Source: Phoronis australis (lineage: Eukaryota; Animalia; Phoronida). From it: a DNA stretch of 64,000 bases. The DNA lies in the NCBI GenBank assembly GCA_002633005.1, contig NMRA01000459.1, forward strand, positions 1-64,000. The letters are read 5' to 3'. Position numbers and translations under genes: made by a program. Below the pieces are notes generated by a model that saw only the letters and a list, made by a program, of their open reading frames with translations, made no database searches and had not been told where the DNA came from. Shown here one piece after another: positions 1 to 13,170 of this stretch (within the stretch, counting starts at the first letter, position 1; every line of letters begins with the position of its first letter).

Positions 1-2392
1 TGACTGAGTTGCACAAACAACCTTGTTGATTCACAACAAGTTAAAGACTGACCTGTAAAAGGCTTTGCATATAGAGGTACAGTCACTACTGCAGCTACAT
101 ATTACATGAAGTGACCTTGACAAGTTCAACAGATGCACACCCAGTCAAGGTAAACAAAAAGCCCAAGGGGGACATTAGCACCAAATTCATCACTTTACAG
201 AATCTCCAATTGGAAATAACCTCTTGAATTAAGCACATTCAAATTAACAAAAAAAAATGTTTTGTGTTGAAGAGGATGATAGCATACTCAGTGCTTCCAT
301 CCTGAAATTCTAGATAGGGGGTCACTTTTATACAACAGATTGATGCAAAACGTCACCCTAAAACATGCCACTTTCATCAAATTTTCGGACTTTGATAACT
401 GTTGAGAACCAGTTTATTGAAAAGGATTAGTTTATCGAACACTGTCTAAAATCTGGAATAAAGCTGATTAACGAAGAAGCTATGTTACCGGCGGATTTCT
501 CCGACGCCAAATGAATGTTAACGTCCATCACATTTGAAGATCATGGCGAAATCGCTCAACAAGTGATACTGATTAATGAAGCACATGAAATGTTTCAATA
601 TTGAGAGAAAACAGGACAAATAACAGTCTTATACATCTTTAACCAAATTGAAAACAATTATTGACCAGGGAAGTTTATTTTCAAAATATTGCCATTAAAA
701 TTATGTTAAGTTTATGTTCCTTGTGATTCGACATGATTGTCGCACTCTACACTAGAATCAGATGGTTTCGCTTTGACAACAGCAAGCCTGACTTTATCTA
801 GGTAAGCACCTGACAAGACCCCTCTTCAACAAAAATGGAATTGCCAGTCTTTTGCTGCACATTGATTTCTTGTTATAACATTTGCCAGTGAGTGCAGAAT
901 AGTTTTAAAAATCATGTGCTGGCTGTTGTAGCCCAATCAAAACCTAATTTCTCAAGTTATCCGATAAAGTGAACCTCGGTCATTTAGTGTTTGTCGTTAT
1001 GTTACCAAAGTGCATTTATTTTGAATTCAAGAACTAATGATGAAAACAACAAGTTCAAAATTACTCAAAGGATAACAATTGCATCCATCAAAGATCAACT
1101 TTATTGACAGGCGTTCGTATATACGAAAAGATATTCTAAAATTATTGATTCTATATAGCTAAAATTTTACCATTTTTGAGATTCTTCCATTTCGAACATC
1201 GACTTTCAAAAATCTGGGAAAACACCTGAATTTCCAACAAAAATAAATTTTCACTGTCCCATAGAATTTTCAGTTCTGTTCTGTAAACGCAGAAGTTCAA
1301 TGAACTCTAGCATACTGAATTGTTTGTGTAACAAAAATATCAAGTAAATAATGTCAATCACTGAACTTTTACAATGACCCTGATAAGCTAAATATGTTCA
1401 AAGATTGCCAGGGGTAATGTTGGCACAAGGGCCTGGTTTAGGAAATTTGACAAAACAAGTTGTATCTTTTACTAAGTAACAGTGTTTTACCTGCCAGATT
1501 AATCACAAGTAGACAAAACATCATAAACATTCTAGATCAAAACTAATATTAATGTATTAATGTGATTAGAATTAATAATCTCGCAATGACAAGCTAACTA
1601 CTCGATAACAGTGATATAACACGAATAACTAAGTACATTAGAGAGAGAGAGAGTCAGTAGTGTTTGCCATTGTTTGATGACTCATGCCGCCGCAAAATAT
1701 CAAACAGTCAAAAAAAATCAGCGACATTCACAAGGAATTAACAAAGTTCAGTTTAAAACACTTTAATGTTGCCTTCCAAAATACCGAAAGTTGATAATAA
1801 AGCTTAAATCTGTGTCCCAACTAAATCCGTCGCAAAATTTTCCAAGCCATGAAAAGACATCAAGTTCAATGCCACTGAGAACATTCACGGACGTAAACGA
1901 CTCAAAATGGCCAGAAAATCATGTAGGGTTGATTAGATATGCCACAGGTGAACAGCTTCAATTTAATCACAGGTTTTCTCAGAATTTCAACCTGTTTGAC
2001 AAACTGGCTATTGAAAACACAGTTAGGACTTCATGAGAAAACTCTTACAATAACATTTGGGGTTTTGTTACCCCAATGCCCAACTCAGACTGCGACTAAC
2101 CTGTCCCAATTGATTCACAAACCAATGCTCATGGCTTAGCATGATGCTGAAGAAAACCTATTCGCAAAAACGCCGCAAAATATTCCACTGCAGAATGCAG
2201 AATGTTGTCCATCACCTACCGCCATCTAGTGATCGAGATGTATTTCATCACGTCACTGCTACTTTGGAAAATGTCTTCAGTGCACACTAGTGTGTTCACA
2301 ATAGACTTGAAGAGCACATATTTACTGATGTATGCACTCCCAAGTTTGGGGAAAATGCCTTTTATTAGTCTGTTTGCATTCTGTAATCAATG

Positions 2393-2480
2393 AGTGGTCC
2401 CGATGGCTAAGTGAACTAGACTGTCTGCAAGGTTAGCAGGAAGTTCCGGATTCAAGCCCCAGTCGGGGCAGTGACCTTCT
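2393..2480 (+). mobile_element. tRNA-derived SINE head (decayed)
   Basis: A-box-like TGGCTAAGTG and B-box-like GGATTCAAGCCC at tRNA-like spacing; no intact cloverleaf or anticodon arm. Confidence 0.4.
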
Positions 2481-3113
2481 CAGACTTAGGTCATGTGATG
2501 TGACCAAGAGGTGGCGTGTGTACTAATAAGACTGACAATTCTTACTTATACCACTTAGTGATGTTCTGTATGCAAGCAAGCTCTGTGTTTGGCATAGCCT
2601 ACAAAGACGTCCTGCAAACAGGAGCTGACACCTATCAACAGGCCTATGTCATTATGTTCCTTGTAAAGGGTTATCATAGTAATTTTATAGGCTACCTGAT
2701 ACCCCTGTGTACAGAGATGTGGTGATTTACTGGAAACTTTAGAATCCGGATATGGGCTTTTCTTCATCACATGATTTTCATGAATCTGAGATCTCATGAT
2801 CACCATGGTTTAAAAAATTCTAACTTCACAGTCACATGAATTTCATAAACTCCCACGTGGATTCCCAATGCAGCACTGGTTGCCACAAAGCCAATTTGAC
2901 GCAATGATGCAGAGAGTATTTCAAAATAAGAAAGAATAAATATCAAGAAATGTTAGAAATACTTTGGACTTGAGACACTGTGTTTCTGGGAAATATTAGA
3001 TATTTCACTCTTCATTTGAGAGGCAGAGAGAATTTTGAAATACACTGACAACTTTGTCATTATCTGGGAGAGTTGCCACTCAGCAGTCCACCCGCACAAC
3101 ACTCTGCACTCAC

Positions 3114-3628
3114 CTTCATGGTCAACTGGTTGTTACCCACAGCATATATCACCACAGGTAGCACCTCATCTGTGCACATAGCAAAGACTTCATTAGCATT
3201 GCCATTGTAGTTACAAGGAGACATGATCACAGAGGCACCACTACTCAACAGCGGGTGGTTCAGTGTCACTTCCAACACCGCCGCCCTGTTGGCTGAATCC
3301 CCTGTCTCGTCCAAATTCAACTCTAAATCCTCCAATGGCACTGTGTCCCACCGTCTACTATAGGCTGCTAAATTATCCACAAGCTCATAGCTGCCGGCCA
3401 GGCTGAGTCCAATCGACTGTTTCTTGCCATATTTAAACTGTACCATACGCCAGCTGGTGGAATCCTCAAGTTGTTCCACAGATGGCAGCACTGGTTTACT
3501 AAATAGTTCGTTGATGACGTATGCCTTTGCCCAACATGTCTGGCCGAGTACAACAATGGTGGGTGAAAGGGATAGTTTATGTTCTAAAGTCTTTTCAACT
3601 TCATCAAGAAGTGTCTTTGGAGAAAACT
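3114..3628 (-). CDS. DSTYK: DSTYK (dual serine/threonine and tyrosine protein kinase), coding exon 2
   Basis: Translation (PTIVVLGQTCWAKAYVINELFSKPVLP...QFKYG...LSLAGSYELVDNLAAYSRRWDTVPLEDLE...AVLEVTLNHPLL...LPVVIYAV) matches the DSTYK N-terminal region as recalled from vertebrates (PCILILGQ...YELVHTL...WETIPEEDLE...LEVTMHHALL...LPVITYA). Acceptor TTGTTTTACAG|AG at 3629/3628 (phase 1); donor AAG|GTGAGT at 3114/3113 (phase 0). Confidence 0.92.
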
Positions 3629-4425
3629 CTGTAAAACAAGGGACTGAGTGAATACAGCGGTCATACAAACATAACTTCTAGACAAAACATCAACATTTGT
3701 TGCAAAGGAATACACCATTCTGAGCAGCCAGCAGAAAGGATTGAAATTAAGATGTCAGAAAAAAATTAAAATGGTTCTATAATCACGACATACAACCCTT
3801 CGATCAGATTATCAAGTGAATTATATGCAATATTTATTGGATTTCTTAAATTACTAAATAGAAAACCCAACAAAATCTACGAAGTGGCTATTAACTGGCG
3901 TTTCGTCCAAGCAGCGGACTTCTCATTTAGACTTACCTGCCGCTACAAATTGGTCTCAAACTATTACTTACTCACACAAGATTTCTAAGCTTGCAAAAAA
4001 CTGCCAACTCCGTATTCATTCAGACCATATTCGGTGCATAAAATAACACAGTGTGACAAGCCATCTCGTAGAGTTTGATCTCAAGCAATAATACACTGTT
4101 ACTTCTTCCGATTTGACTGATAAAATATGCAAGACCAATTTAATAACGATTAAACGCTTAAGTCAAGACTTGTTTCTTGAGATGGAAGGTAGTCCATAAG
4201 CCACTTTAGATTCAACAAAATCATGACAGTGACCAACCCACGTGTAGTGTACATTCCCAGCATGCAACGTGTTGTTACCACAATCAACTGTATAACAAAT
4301 ACTCAAAGAGTGATATTCTCATCTCAGATGTTCTCAGAAGGCAGACCTTCACACCCCTTTCTCTTCAATGAAACTCTGCCCTTTAGGACATAGTTTCTGG
4401 TAGTGGTCAGATATAACAAGCTCTA

Positions 4426-4481
4426 ATTTTGAGGACCAGTTTTCTCCACTGAATAACGGGGATCGAACTGGTCCTCAAAAT
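4426..4481. repeat. Short inverted repeat (16-bp perfect stem), probably the core of a small palindromic element
   Basis: ATTTTGAGGACCAGTT at 4426-4441 pairs with AACTGGTCCTCAAAAT at 4466-4481; weaker pairing extends outward. Confidence 0.7.
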
Positions 4482-5853
4482 ACGCGCATGATGTATCCGA
4501 CTATTGCCCAGTTTCCCACGACAAGGTACTTTCTTCCTTGCAAAACGCTTAACTTTCAAACCAGAAAAATCCGCAGTTTTTAATGTTACACTAAAAATTC
4601 TCTAGCCTGGAAATATCCAAAATTTGGCACATCGACATTCAAGCACAAAGTTTAACAAAATAAAAATATCTGACACATTGTCATTACTGTAAAAACTCAC
4701 ATTTTAGTCAATTCAACACACAGCTACATTTTTGCTAACTTATGAAGTATGTGATGCCTTTAGGAACACTTCCAGAAAGATAAATATTTAACCCCCTTTT
4801 AACCCAAATTGACTTTTTCACTGTTCTAAACCTTGCGAGGATTTGGTTAAATGTGGTTACCACAACTACTCAGCAACTGCAATTCGAAACAAACTTGCAA
4901 ACTATTTCCGTTAACATAGCAAAAAACATTTTAAATTCAGTTTTGAGAAAAAAAATAATTTTTCTGTTTTATAAAGAAATAGCCTTTTCCCGGGTTTCTT
5001 AGTGTCTATATGTTCCACTCAATGAGTGACTCAAGATTCTCTGTCTCAGTGTTCACAGGTTAGTTACAGTTCCATTGCTTTCAATTGCTTCCATACCATC
5101 ATCATGACCTCCCCAGCTCAAATTTCCCAGGCCCAGATGACCAATACAGGGGGCCCCTCTTTTGAAGCTGGAAAATCCATTTCTTGCCTATGTCTTTTTA
5201 ATTAGAATAAGTAATTTAAAGCTATAAACTGTTATAAATGTGCAAGGTTTATGACTTCATACAACTTATGAAAATATTATTTGCGATATCATACCTCACG
5301 GACATCTAATTTCATTATTTTTAAACGTGTTCTACTCACTTCATGTCAAATTTGCCAGACGCCAAAATGAAATGTGCAAGTCTAAAGATCGGGGACTTTT
5401 CTCTTTTACACAAGACAGAGGTTTGTGATATGAAAGACATCACACCAAAATGGTTAAATACAAGCCTCCCATGGCCTGGGCCCTAGGGCCAATATTGAGT
5501 AACCTCATGTTGCTCATATTCAGAGGGAATCAACAACATGATGTTGTAACACTACCAGGAACCAGACAGGAAGACCTAGTTATGTAACATCAGCTTGACA
5601 AATAACCTTCAGACTACAAACCAGCATAAGAGCACAAACAGAATGTAGACCACCAAGTACAATATAACAAGGTCAATAACTTTTCTATACCAAGGAACCA
5701 TGTAAATTAAAAATTTTCCCAACACGGGAAATTAGACCAGTCGATAATGAAACAATGTGTTCACATTTAAGCGCTACCCCCTTGTAGCGTCTGCGCTAAA
5801 TCTAAATCAGAATGTGGCCAAAAATTAGACATAAACCCATGATCTGGGACCAA

Positions 5854-5997
5854 AATGTGACTCTTGGTCATAATGTGACTCTTGGTCATAATGTGACTCT
5901 TGGGCATAATGTGACTCTTGGTCATAATGTGACTCTTGGTCATAATGTGACTCTTGGTCATAATGTGACTCTTGGTCATAATGTGACTCTTGGTCAT
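5854..5997. repeat. 18-bp minisatellite (AATGTGACTCTTGGTCAT) x8
   Basis: Eight head-to-tail copies with one substitution; explains the repetitive ORFs 5767-6204 and 5812-6009. Confidence 0.97.
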
Positions 5998-6374
5998 AAA
6001 CAAACGTAATTGTAAGGGTATAAAAACGCTTTCACAAGAAAGGTATCTTCTTTTAAAACCTGCAAATATTTCAAATTGTTTCGTGTATCTCAAGTAAAAG
6101 GACCTTTTGAAATTAAATAAATTGCCAGTCCATTTCTCCTTATAATCTGGTAAAAAATCATGAGTTAAAATAATAGGGGACCTAATCATCACGCAGACCA
6201 CCACATCACAGTGAGTAGGTGTTATGGATGTTTAATGAGAGATAACATTTTATTCTAACTGGTGGGATGAACATGGACATGGACACCGCTCACATGTTTT
6301 GACCACGTTTCCCACGCAATACACGTGACCAGTTTTTGAGTTGTGTCAACAACATTGCTCCTTAACAACACATG

Positions 6375-6433
6375 AAGTCATGTGACCCGAGTCAAAAAGT
6401 CATGTGACACGAGTCGAGAAGTCATGTGACCTG
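6375..6433. repeat. 22-bp tandem repeat x3, each with GTCATGTGAC
   Basis: GTCATGTGAC at 6377, 6399 and 6421. Confidence 0.9.
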
Positions 6434-7157
6434 TGCAAGTTGTGATGACAGCTGGCACAGACTTGTGCCACTTACCTTATAAAACCCGAAGATGGATATC
6501 AATTTTGGCAGAAAAATGGAAACTCCCACTAATTTATTTAAGACTGAAAATAAACCTTTCAGCACAGTCAGTAACTAATCCCATGATCATCCAAAAAGGC
6601 TGACAGGTAAATTAGTGCCACTTTATAATGTAACACATGTCACTTGCAAGATGTCTAAAATACAATTTTAAAAAATAGAAACATCAATAATTGGCATAAT
6701 TTGCAAAGATTTCTATCAATTCTATGTACAATAGGTCGTGTTGACTTTAATCCAAACATTAAGCACTAGCAATTTACTGCATTTAAATTTTAGAAAACTC
6801 AAACAGTCCAGCTCTACTAATATTGTAGACTGTGTGTTGCTGTAAGTATCAAAATGTGCGTGGTACCCTCCTATAAGTATTGAGAAGAACATACGAACGG
6901 ACTGAATTAAAGATGTATTTGCATGCTCCTAACTATGCTAATGTATAGCAGGAACTAAACAACAATGCTATTTTAACATAACTTATGCAAAAAAAGCAAA
7001 GTTGTATTCATTAACAACTTGTAAAGTGAAAATAAGAAATTCTGCGGGTCACCTTTGCATTCGCTAATGACATACGTTGCAGGCTCACACGGCCTGTATC
7101 ATACAATGTTATTCCCTAACGCCATGTCACAATACTCACTGGATACGGACTTGTACT

Positions 7158-7646
7158 CAGGCCTTTATCCAGGATTTCGAAAATAGGGTGTCCAAAATGG
7201 GGTTCCCAATATTCCAGGGCGTCCATGATTCCGACGTGTAACCCCCCACTCCCAGCAATCCCCCCAAACACACAGATTTTTTAAAAAAAAAATGCATAGA
7301 CTAAGGTTTTAGCATCTAAGTTTACCAAACAGCCTTCTGTAGTGAGCATTTTCAGTAAAAAAAACTGTAGACTAAGACTTTTACAATGTTATCAACCAAG
7401 TGTGAGCATAGCAACATAATATACTTTGTATATACATTGTATATTTCTTCCTGCTTTGAAAAAAGAGCCCCCACTGTGAGCCTTCAGAGGCTTCCTAGAA
7501 TTCATGACAATGTGCGAGTCCAAACTTGAAAGGTTCCTATTGACAGTGGGCGTCCAAATGATACACTGGGCGTCCTTGCCAGGGCGTCCATATCAGTGCT
7601 AGGGCGTCCAAATGGACGCCCAGGACGTAGGCTGCATAAAGGCCTG
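7158..7646. mobile_element. Non-autonomous hAT-type MITE
   Basis: TIRs CAGGCCTTTATCCAG and CTGCATAAAGGCCTG; 8-bp flanks CTTGTACT and CTTGAATT (6/8); repeated subterminal GGGCGTCC motifs. Confidence 0.8.
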
Positions 7647-10600
7647 CTTGAATTCCTTCTTAAAAAACAATGGCAATTTTGAAGCTACTTCGTATTCACA
7701 TCGTGGATATGTGTGGTATTTCTAACTAATATGGCCAAACAATCCCAGAGATAAGGAATTCGGCTGCTATTTCCATTTACAGGAAAAAAAAGCGCCACGA
7801 AATATCTACAAAAGTTCAGGTTGGAGTGAACATTGTCAGGAGAGGAACGTGTGTCATGCAACCACCCAGTGATCAAGTTCAACAATACAAGAGAAAGCAC
7901 ATCACATGGACCACATGCATACAATAATTGCGTTGGAAGGGAAGAGGAGAAAGAGAGTGCTTGCTAGAGCAGAGCGCAGAACGAGCCAACAATTCCAAAT
8001 AAAACCACATGACGAAGTATGCAAAATGCCAGTTTTTGACAGATTCTTGCAGGGTATTCAACGCAGGCAGTGATTTGTGCTGTAATTCAGAACGAAATGT
8101 CACTTACTGATATGGAAGTAATATAGTCTCCATTTAAATTTGATATTTAAAAAGTTTAACTTGAACATTGAAAAGTAGCTAAGCATTGCGCTTAAATCAG
8201 CTATATTGCCTCCTCGTAGTCCCTGGCTTTGAGAACCCCGCATTCACTGAACAATGCCTGTAATGAGTTACAGATGTCACCGTTTCTCAAACCAGGGACC
8301 ATCAAAAGGGCCTACAGTGTACCACCAGTAAATCATGGACTTTACACAACTCCAATGAAGTTTTGATGCAGAGAATTTGACATCCATTTTGCAAGAGTAC
8401 ATAGTTTGAAAGTTTAATTGACATTATTGAAAGTTAAGTATTATTGAAAAATAACCATTTTCTTCACCAGTCGAGTCCTCAATCTCCAAAGCCTCAGAAG
8501 CAAGTTCTTAAAAACAAGTAAATACAACAATTAAATTAAATATTAGACCAGTAAAAATAAAGAACATGTTTTAAACCCGTTTCAAGGCAACATAATGAAA
8601 CGCAATGTAAAAATAAAATGAACTGTCCTACAACAGAGCAGTTTTGCTTCCAATGATCTTGATACAAAAGCTAACAACAGCAATCACGAAAACGCCATGT
8701 TTGTCTTGGTAAATATTTTCTAGGATGAATTTTATTTTAACTCTTTATAGTCAACAATTCAGCTGCAGTACATAGCAAAAATAAACAGACAAAATTTTAA
8801 CTTTTTAATTATGTCATTCGTGGCAAAATTTGAGGTAGGCGAAAACCGTTACCATGGAGTAATGAGAAGAAAAAGTGGAACTAGGAGGGACCACCTGTCT
8901 TTATTGATGGATGGGAAACATTTTGATTGGTTAATATTATATGGGGCCATACAAGAATGTGAAAATCTGGCAAACTTCGAAATGGCAAATCTCAGAAATG
9001 GCTGATCGGTTTCCAAGGAAACTTTCAGATACTATCCTTTATACACAGTTCCCCAAAGTGCTGACAGGAAGTGTTTTCGAAATTTTCACTTATGTATGAA
9101 GGGTTATCAAAAATTAGGACTTTCATCGATTCAAAAATTAAAACGTGCATAAAACAAAAAGGATACCGAAACAATTTAGAAAATATCGACATTTTTAGTA
9201 AACAAAATTTGGTCATGTGATTGGTGCAATTATTTTGATACCAATGTATATTTCTTTTTCACAAATTTCTACTGAGAAGACATTCACGTGACCTAAATAA
9301 TGGCACATTTGTATAAAGTCAAAAATAAAAATTCTAATGACGGTCCGCTGTCAACAAATAAATCTAAGGTTATGTAGATGTTTGACTAAATATGCAGACA
9401 TGTCAATTAGGTTGTAACTTTAGTTTCTGAATGCATAATTTTATATGACAGTAATTCTCTACTTATCTCGCATACTCACTTCATTTAGCACATCCAAAAT
9501 TGTTAGGAAAAATTCATACTTTTCTCTAACTTACTTTTATGAGGCTGGAAACTGCTTGCCTCACTTAAATCGCGCACTCAATTTAACACTTTGGAAAATA
9601 TCAATTATAAAGCCCAAGTGTAATTTCCTATATAAATAAATACCTCTTCAACTACAGGTGACAATAAGGTCTGAGCATTGTGTATTGCCCACTTAATCGA
9701 ACCAATGTTTCCAAAGGAGATACCTGACAGGCTGCTGTAAACAAGAGGCAAATGGAGTGACCCAGAAGAGTGTCCTGTGATTCAGAGCCACATGCTCAAA
9801 AGATCGTTTCACCAGCAATGGGATAAAGTACCGATTGGCATGCAAAAATCTTTGTCACCGTGCAGTCTTCAAAGAAAGAACGACATGCCAATTTTCATAA
9901 TGACCTTCAAAACTGTTGGCCATTAAAGGCACATAACAAAAGCCTCAAAAGGTGGCCTAAAATATGGGGAATCTATCTGAAAATGGGAAGGTATCAGTGT
10001 TTCCGTAACAGATAGCTATACAGGCAATTTTCATCAAAATTTCACAAGGAACTCTGAAGATTCCGAGGAAAAAGTAAAAGTACTACGATTGTCTCTAAGC
10101 AGCCCAGAGGTAATCGGCTTCATCTGAATGTCACCATCATCTTCTGCCACAGTCACAGAAATTTAACTTGTTTAAAGATCCTATAGGGGTTTAGGACATA
10201 CAGCCACAGATGTAAAAAATGGCAATAGGAGGTGCCAGAGAAGTTGCAACCATCCAAAGCTTAACTCAACCCTGCTTTCTAAGCAGGAACGCAACTACCG
10301 AAGGTCAGAATGTATTTGTTTGAGCAATTTCGTACCAAAAATACTATCAAGAATAGTAAAAATAGCCACAAGGTGACACATAACACGTTGAATCCACTAG
10401 ACAATGGGAAGGTAGTGCTGTAAAATTTCATGAAAATACGTCAAGAAACCGTTACGAAAACAGGAAAGCGTAAAATACTAAAATTATCTCTCTAAGAGAC
10501 ACAGCAGACGTCAGATTCTAGGAACAATTTTACAAAAATCCTTCAAAGGGTTTTAGAGAAACAGCAATGGATGTCGGATAAACAGGGGTGATGGCATATG

Positions 10601-11820
10601 TCTGCGCGTACGTGTGTGTAGCTGCATAATTAGGTCAAGTTAGCTAATAGTTATTTTTCGAAATTAGGAAATGGTTCTACTGTCATAAACACCATTTATG
10701 TACAGTATACTCTACCACTTTGTAACAAAGAAAAAGCCTGTTGTCAATTTCACAGTTAGCATTGTTTTTAGGTGGGTCTGTGATAGCCTCTTTTCAAAAA
10801 ATTGCTTTTGGAGCTCTAGTTTTGTGATGGTTTGAGGAAATCTTTTGGAAATTTGGTACCTGGACGAATGTCTTTAAGACACATATACAGTGTCTCATTG
10901 ATTGCTCTCTATGACTTTCTGTTCTCAAGTTACTCGAGATTATAGTACACGCGGCCTGCAAGCAGGCAGTTAAAGAGATAAGACTTACTGGACTTATAGC
11001 CTTCAGACTTCACTTAAGTAATGCGCAACTGGACTCAAGCCAGGACACTCTGAATAGTATGTCTTCACAGACCAGAGGTGTACCCATAAGAGAGCGTTCA
11101 AACTGACTAATATTCAGGTTCACCATGAAAACAACACACACACAGGGATGAACACCGACAGCACCAAATAACGCCACACAACAAGAGAGCACTACGTTCG
11201 CAACAAGATTTTCTGATTTAGTGCAGACTGCTTGACTGATTCCTTGGTGCACTTCTGTTGGTTTGACATTCAGGGTGCCAGATGTTGAAGTCATGATATT
11301 TTAGCACCAGTTACTAATTTAGTGTACTCAAGGATGGCTTTGCACCAGGGCCTATGGAAGAGGCCAGGATATTCTTCTAGAATAATTCTGGGTAGCTTTC
11401 GATAACACAACTCTATCCCTGCTAGGCGTCACTAGGCTAGTCTAGGGACTTTGGCCTAGCTTCATTTTTTTGATTCCTTGTCTTGTAATAACATTTGTCT
11501 TTTCGCCAAGCTATTTGGAGGAGACTCACAGAATATTGTTTGGCAATTCCAGGTGAGCTGACTGATGGGTCAGATGGTTTCAACCCCTGGTGACTGAGTG
11601 GCAGGGCTTCTTTTTGTTAACACTAACTTCATCCACAGACATCCTCAGCATCTGATTGTCCCCAATACACATAGGTCAATATAAGGTTTGATACTCCAGA
11701 CTAGAAATTCCACGGGTGCTTCACTTCAGCCATCCATAGCAAACACAAAACTCAATAAATTTACACAAAACAGACGTTCAACAAACCATGAGGAATTGTT
11801 CTTTCTCCCAATACCATTTA

Positions 11821-12150
11821 CGGTGTCCTGCTTCACCCAGTTCACAAGAAATTCGCGATCAAAGCACAAAAATCTTCCCAAAAATTCCGTCCGGAGAAAC
11901 TCCTTTGTAAATCGAGGTCAAGAACGATTATTACGGAATTATCCAATGAGTTACGGATGAACGTCAATAGCCGATTTGTCACGGTTTCATAACTTTTTCT
12001 GTGACAAATCGGCAATTGCCGTTCATTCGTAACTCATTGGATAATTCCGTATAGTCTGATTTACAAAGGAGTTTCTCCGGACGGGCTTTTTGCAAACATT
12101 TTTGAGCTTTAACCACGAATTTCTATCGAACTGGATGAAGCAGGACATCG
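11821..12150. mobile_element. Foldback (almost fully palindromic) MITE with TA TSD, Tc1/mariner-type
   Basis: TA|CGGTGTCCTGCTTCACCCAGTTC...GAACTGGATGAAGCAGGACATCG|TA; arms of about 150-160 bp pair up to a short loop at about 11983-12000. Confidence 0.85.
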
Positions 12151-12899
12151 TATCGTCCGGTTACCTATTTTCGTCAGGCTCCAAAGTTCGTCCGCCATCT
12201 TGTTTCGCGTGCAGCGCAACCACGCGGGACTTAGCGTTCCAATTTGGAGTGCTCGTCTTCACGTTAGGTACTAACCTCTCGGGAGAAACACGTATCAAAG
12301 TAATGAGACAAAAATCGGTGAGTTTACCGTTTGTTTTTTAAAACCACTTAAAAATCAGTAGATTTTACTAATACACTTTTTTGTGCGTTTTCAGAAGATG
12401 TTTTCGAATTTAAATTTTCTTCCGACGGGACACAAAACATGATCCAGGGTTTGTTTATGCAATGTATCTGTTTGTCCCAGGCACTAGTAGGATCTAGAAG
12501 GCCAAAGGAAAAATCCGCAGACAAATGCGATACGCTGGGTTCTTAACATTTTTGCCTCACGNACAACACGGAGAGTAAGAATGGGCCTAGGACCAGTACA
12601 CTGGGTAGCTGCCTCAAGCAGCTATAGCTGAGATCTAACAGTGTGAAAATACGAAATTCCCGATGAACTAAACTAGTTGCTGGTCAGCTCAACTATGATT
12701 CACTTGAGACAGGCAGCTCGTACCGGCCGTCTGCGCTCGCTCTAAGATCAAGGTTATTGTGATCCAGTTTCGGGAAAACTTTATTTTATTATGGTCATTC
12801 TTTGAAGGGATGTTTTTGAAAAGGCGAAGTCCCGAAGTCCCTGGAATAGTACCTTTGGGGCTATTTCAAAATGCCTAGTTGAAACACGACCGGTACGAG

Positions 12900-13170
12900 T
12901 ACAGTTTCTGGTGGCTGGGGAAAAGGATAGTGTGACCCAAAAATGTACACACTTCCTGAACGCCTGGAGTTCCAATTCAGTTCCCGTGGATCACTTAGAT
13001 CTGCGGGGGCCTACTACATGATTACATCTTATTTTTAACGTGGATACGTCAGTCATGACGTGCACGCGAATCAGGACAAGCAATCAATTCAGTTTTGAAG
13101 AACAAAATTTCATTGCTCAATACTACTGGAAACTAAAAACACCAAGGAAGTGCAAAGACAACCTTTCCAA
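12900..13170 (+). mobile_element. Possible 5' remnant of a Tc1/mariner element (N-terminal HTH)
   Basis: Starts TA|CAG; the frame from 13055 reads MTCTRIRTSNQFSFEEQNFIAQYYWKLK, then shifts to KEVQRQ, resembling N-terminal HTH segments of ITm transposases. No partner TIR found. Confidence 0.3.

Noticed and set aside
2393-2480. Functional tRNA gene
   Set aside because: Degenerate B box and no complete cloverleaf; treated as a SINE head.
1-3113. Further DSTYK exons
   Set aside because: No minus-strand segment resembling the next DSTYK region was found; exon 3 presumably lies outside the window.
3060-3668. The 202-aa ORF as a complete gene
   Set aside because: Both ends run past consensus splice sites; only 3114-3628 resembles DSTYK.
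3930-3945. Consensus donor GCAG|GTAAGT on the minus strand, about 300 bp upstream of exon 2
   Set aside because: No convincing acceptor or DSTYK-like coding frame; exons 1 and 2 already join in frame.
5767-6204. ORFs with MTKSHI / NVTLGH repeats; possible CRISPR-like array
   Set aside because: Translations of an 18-bp head-to-tail minisatellite; no spacers, no cas genes, eukaryotic intron.
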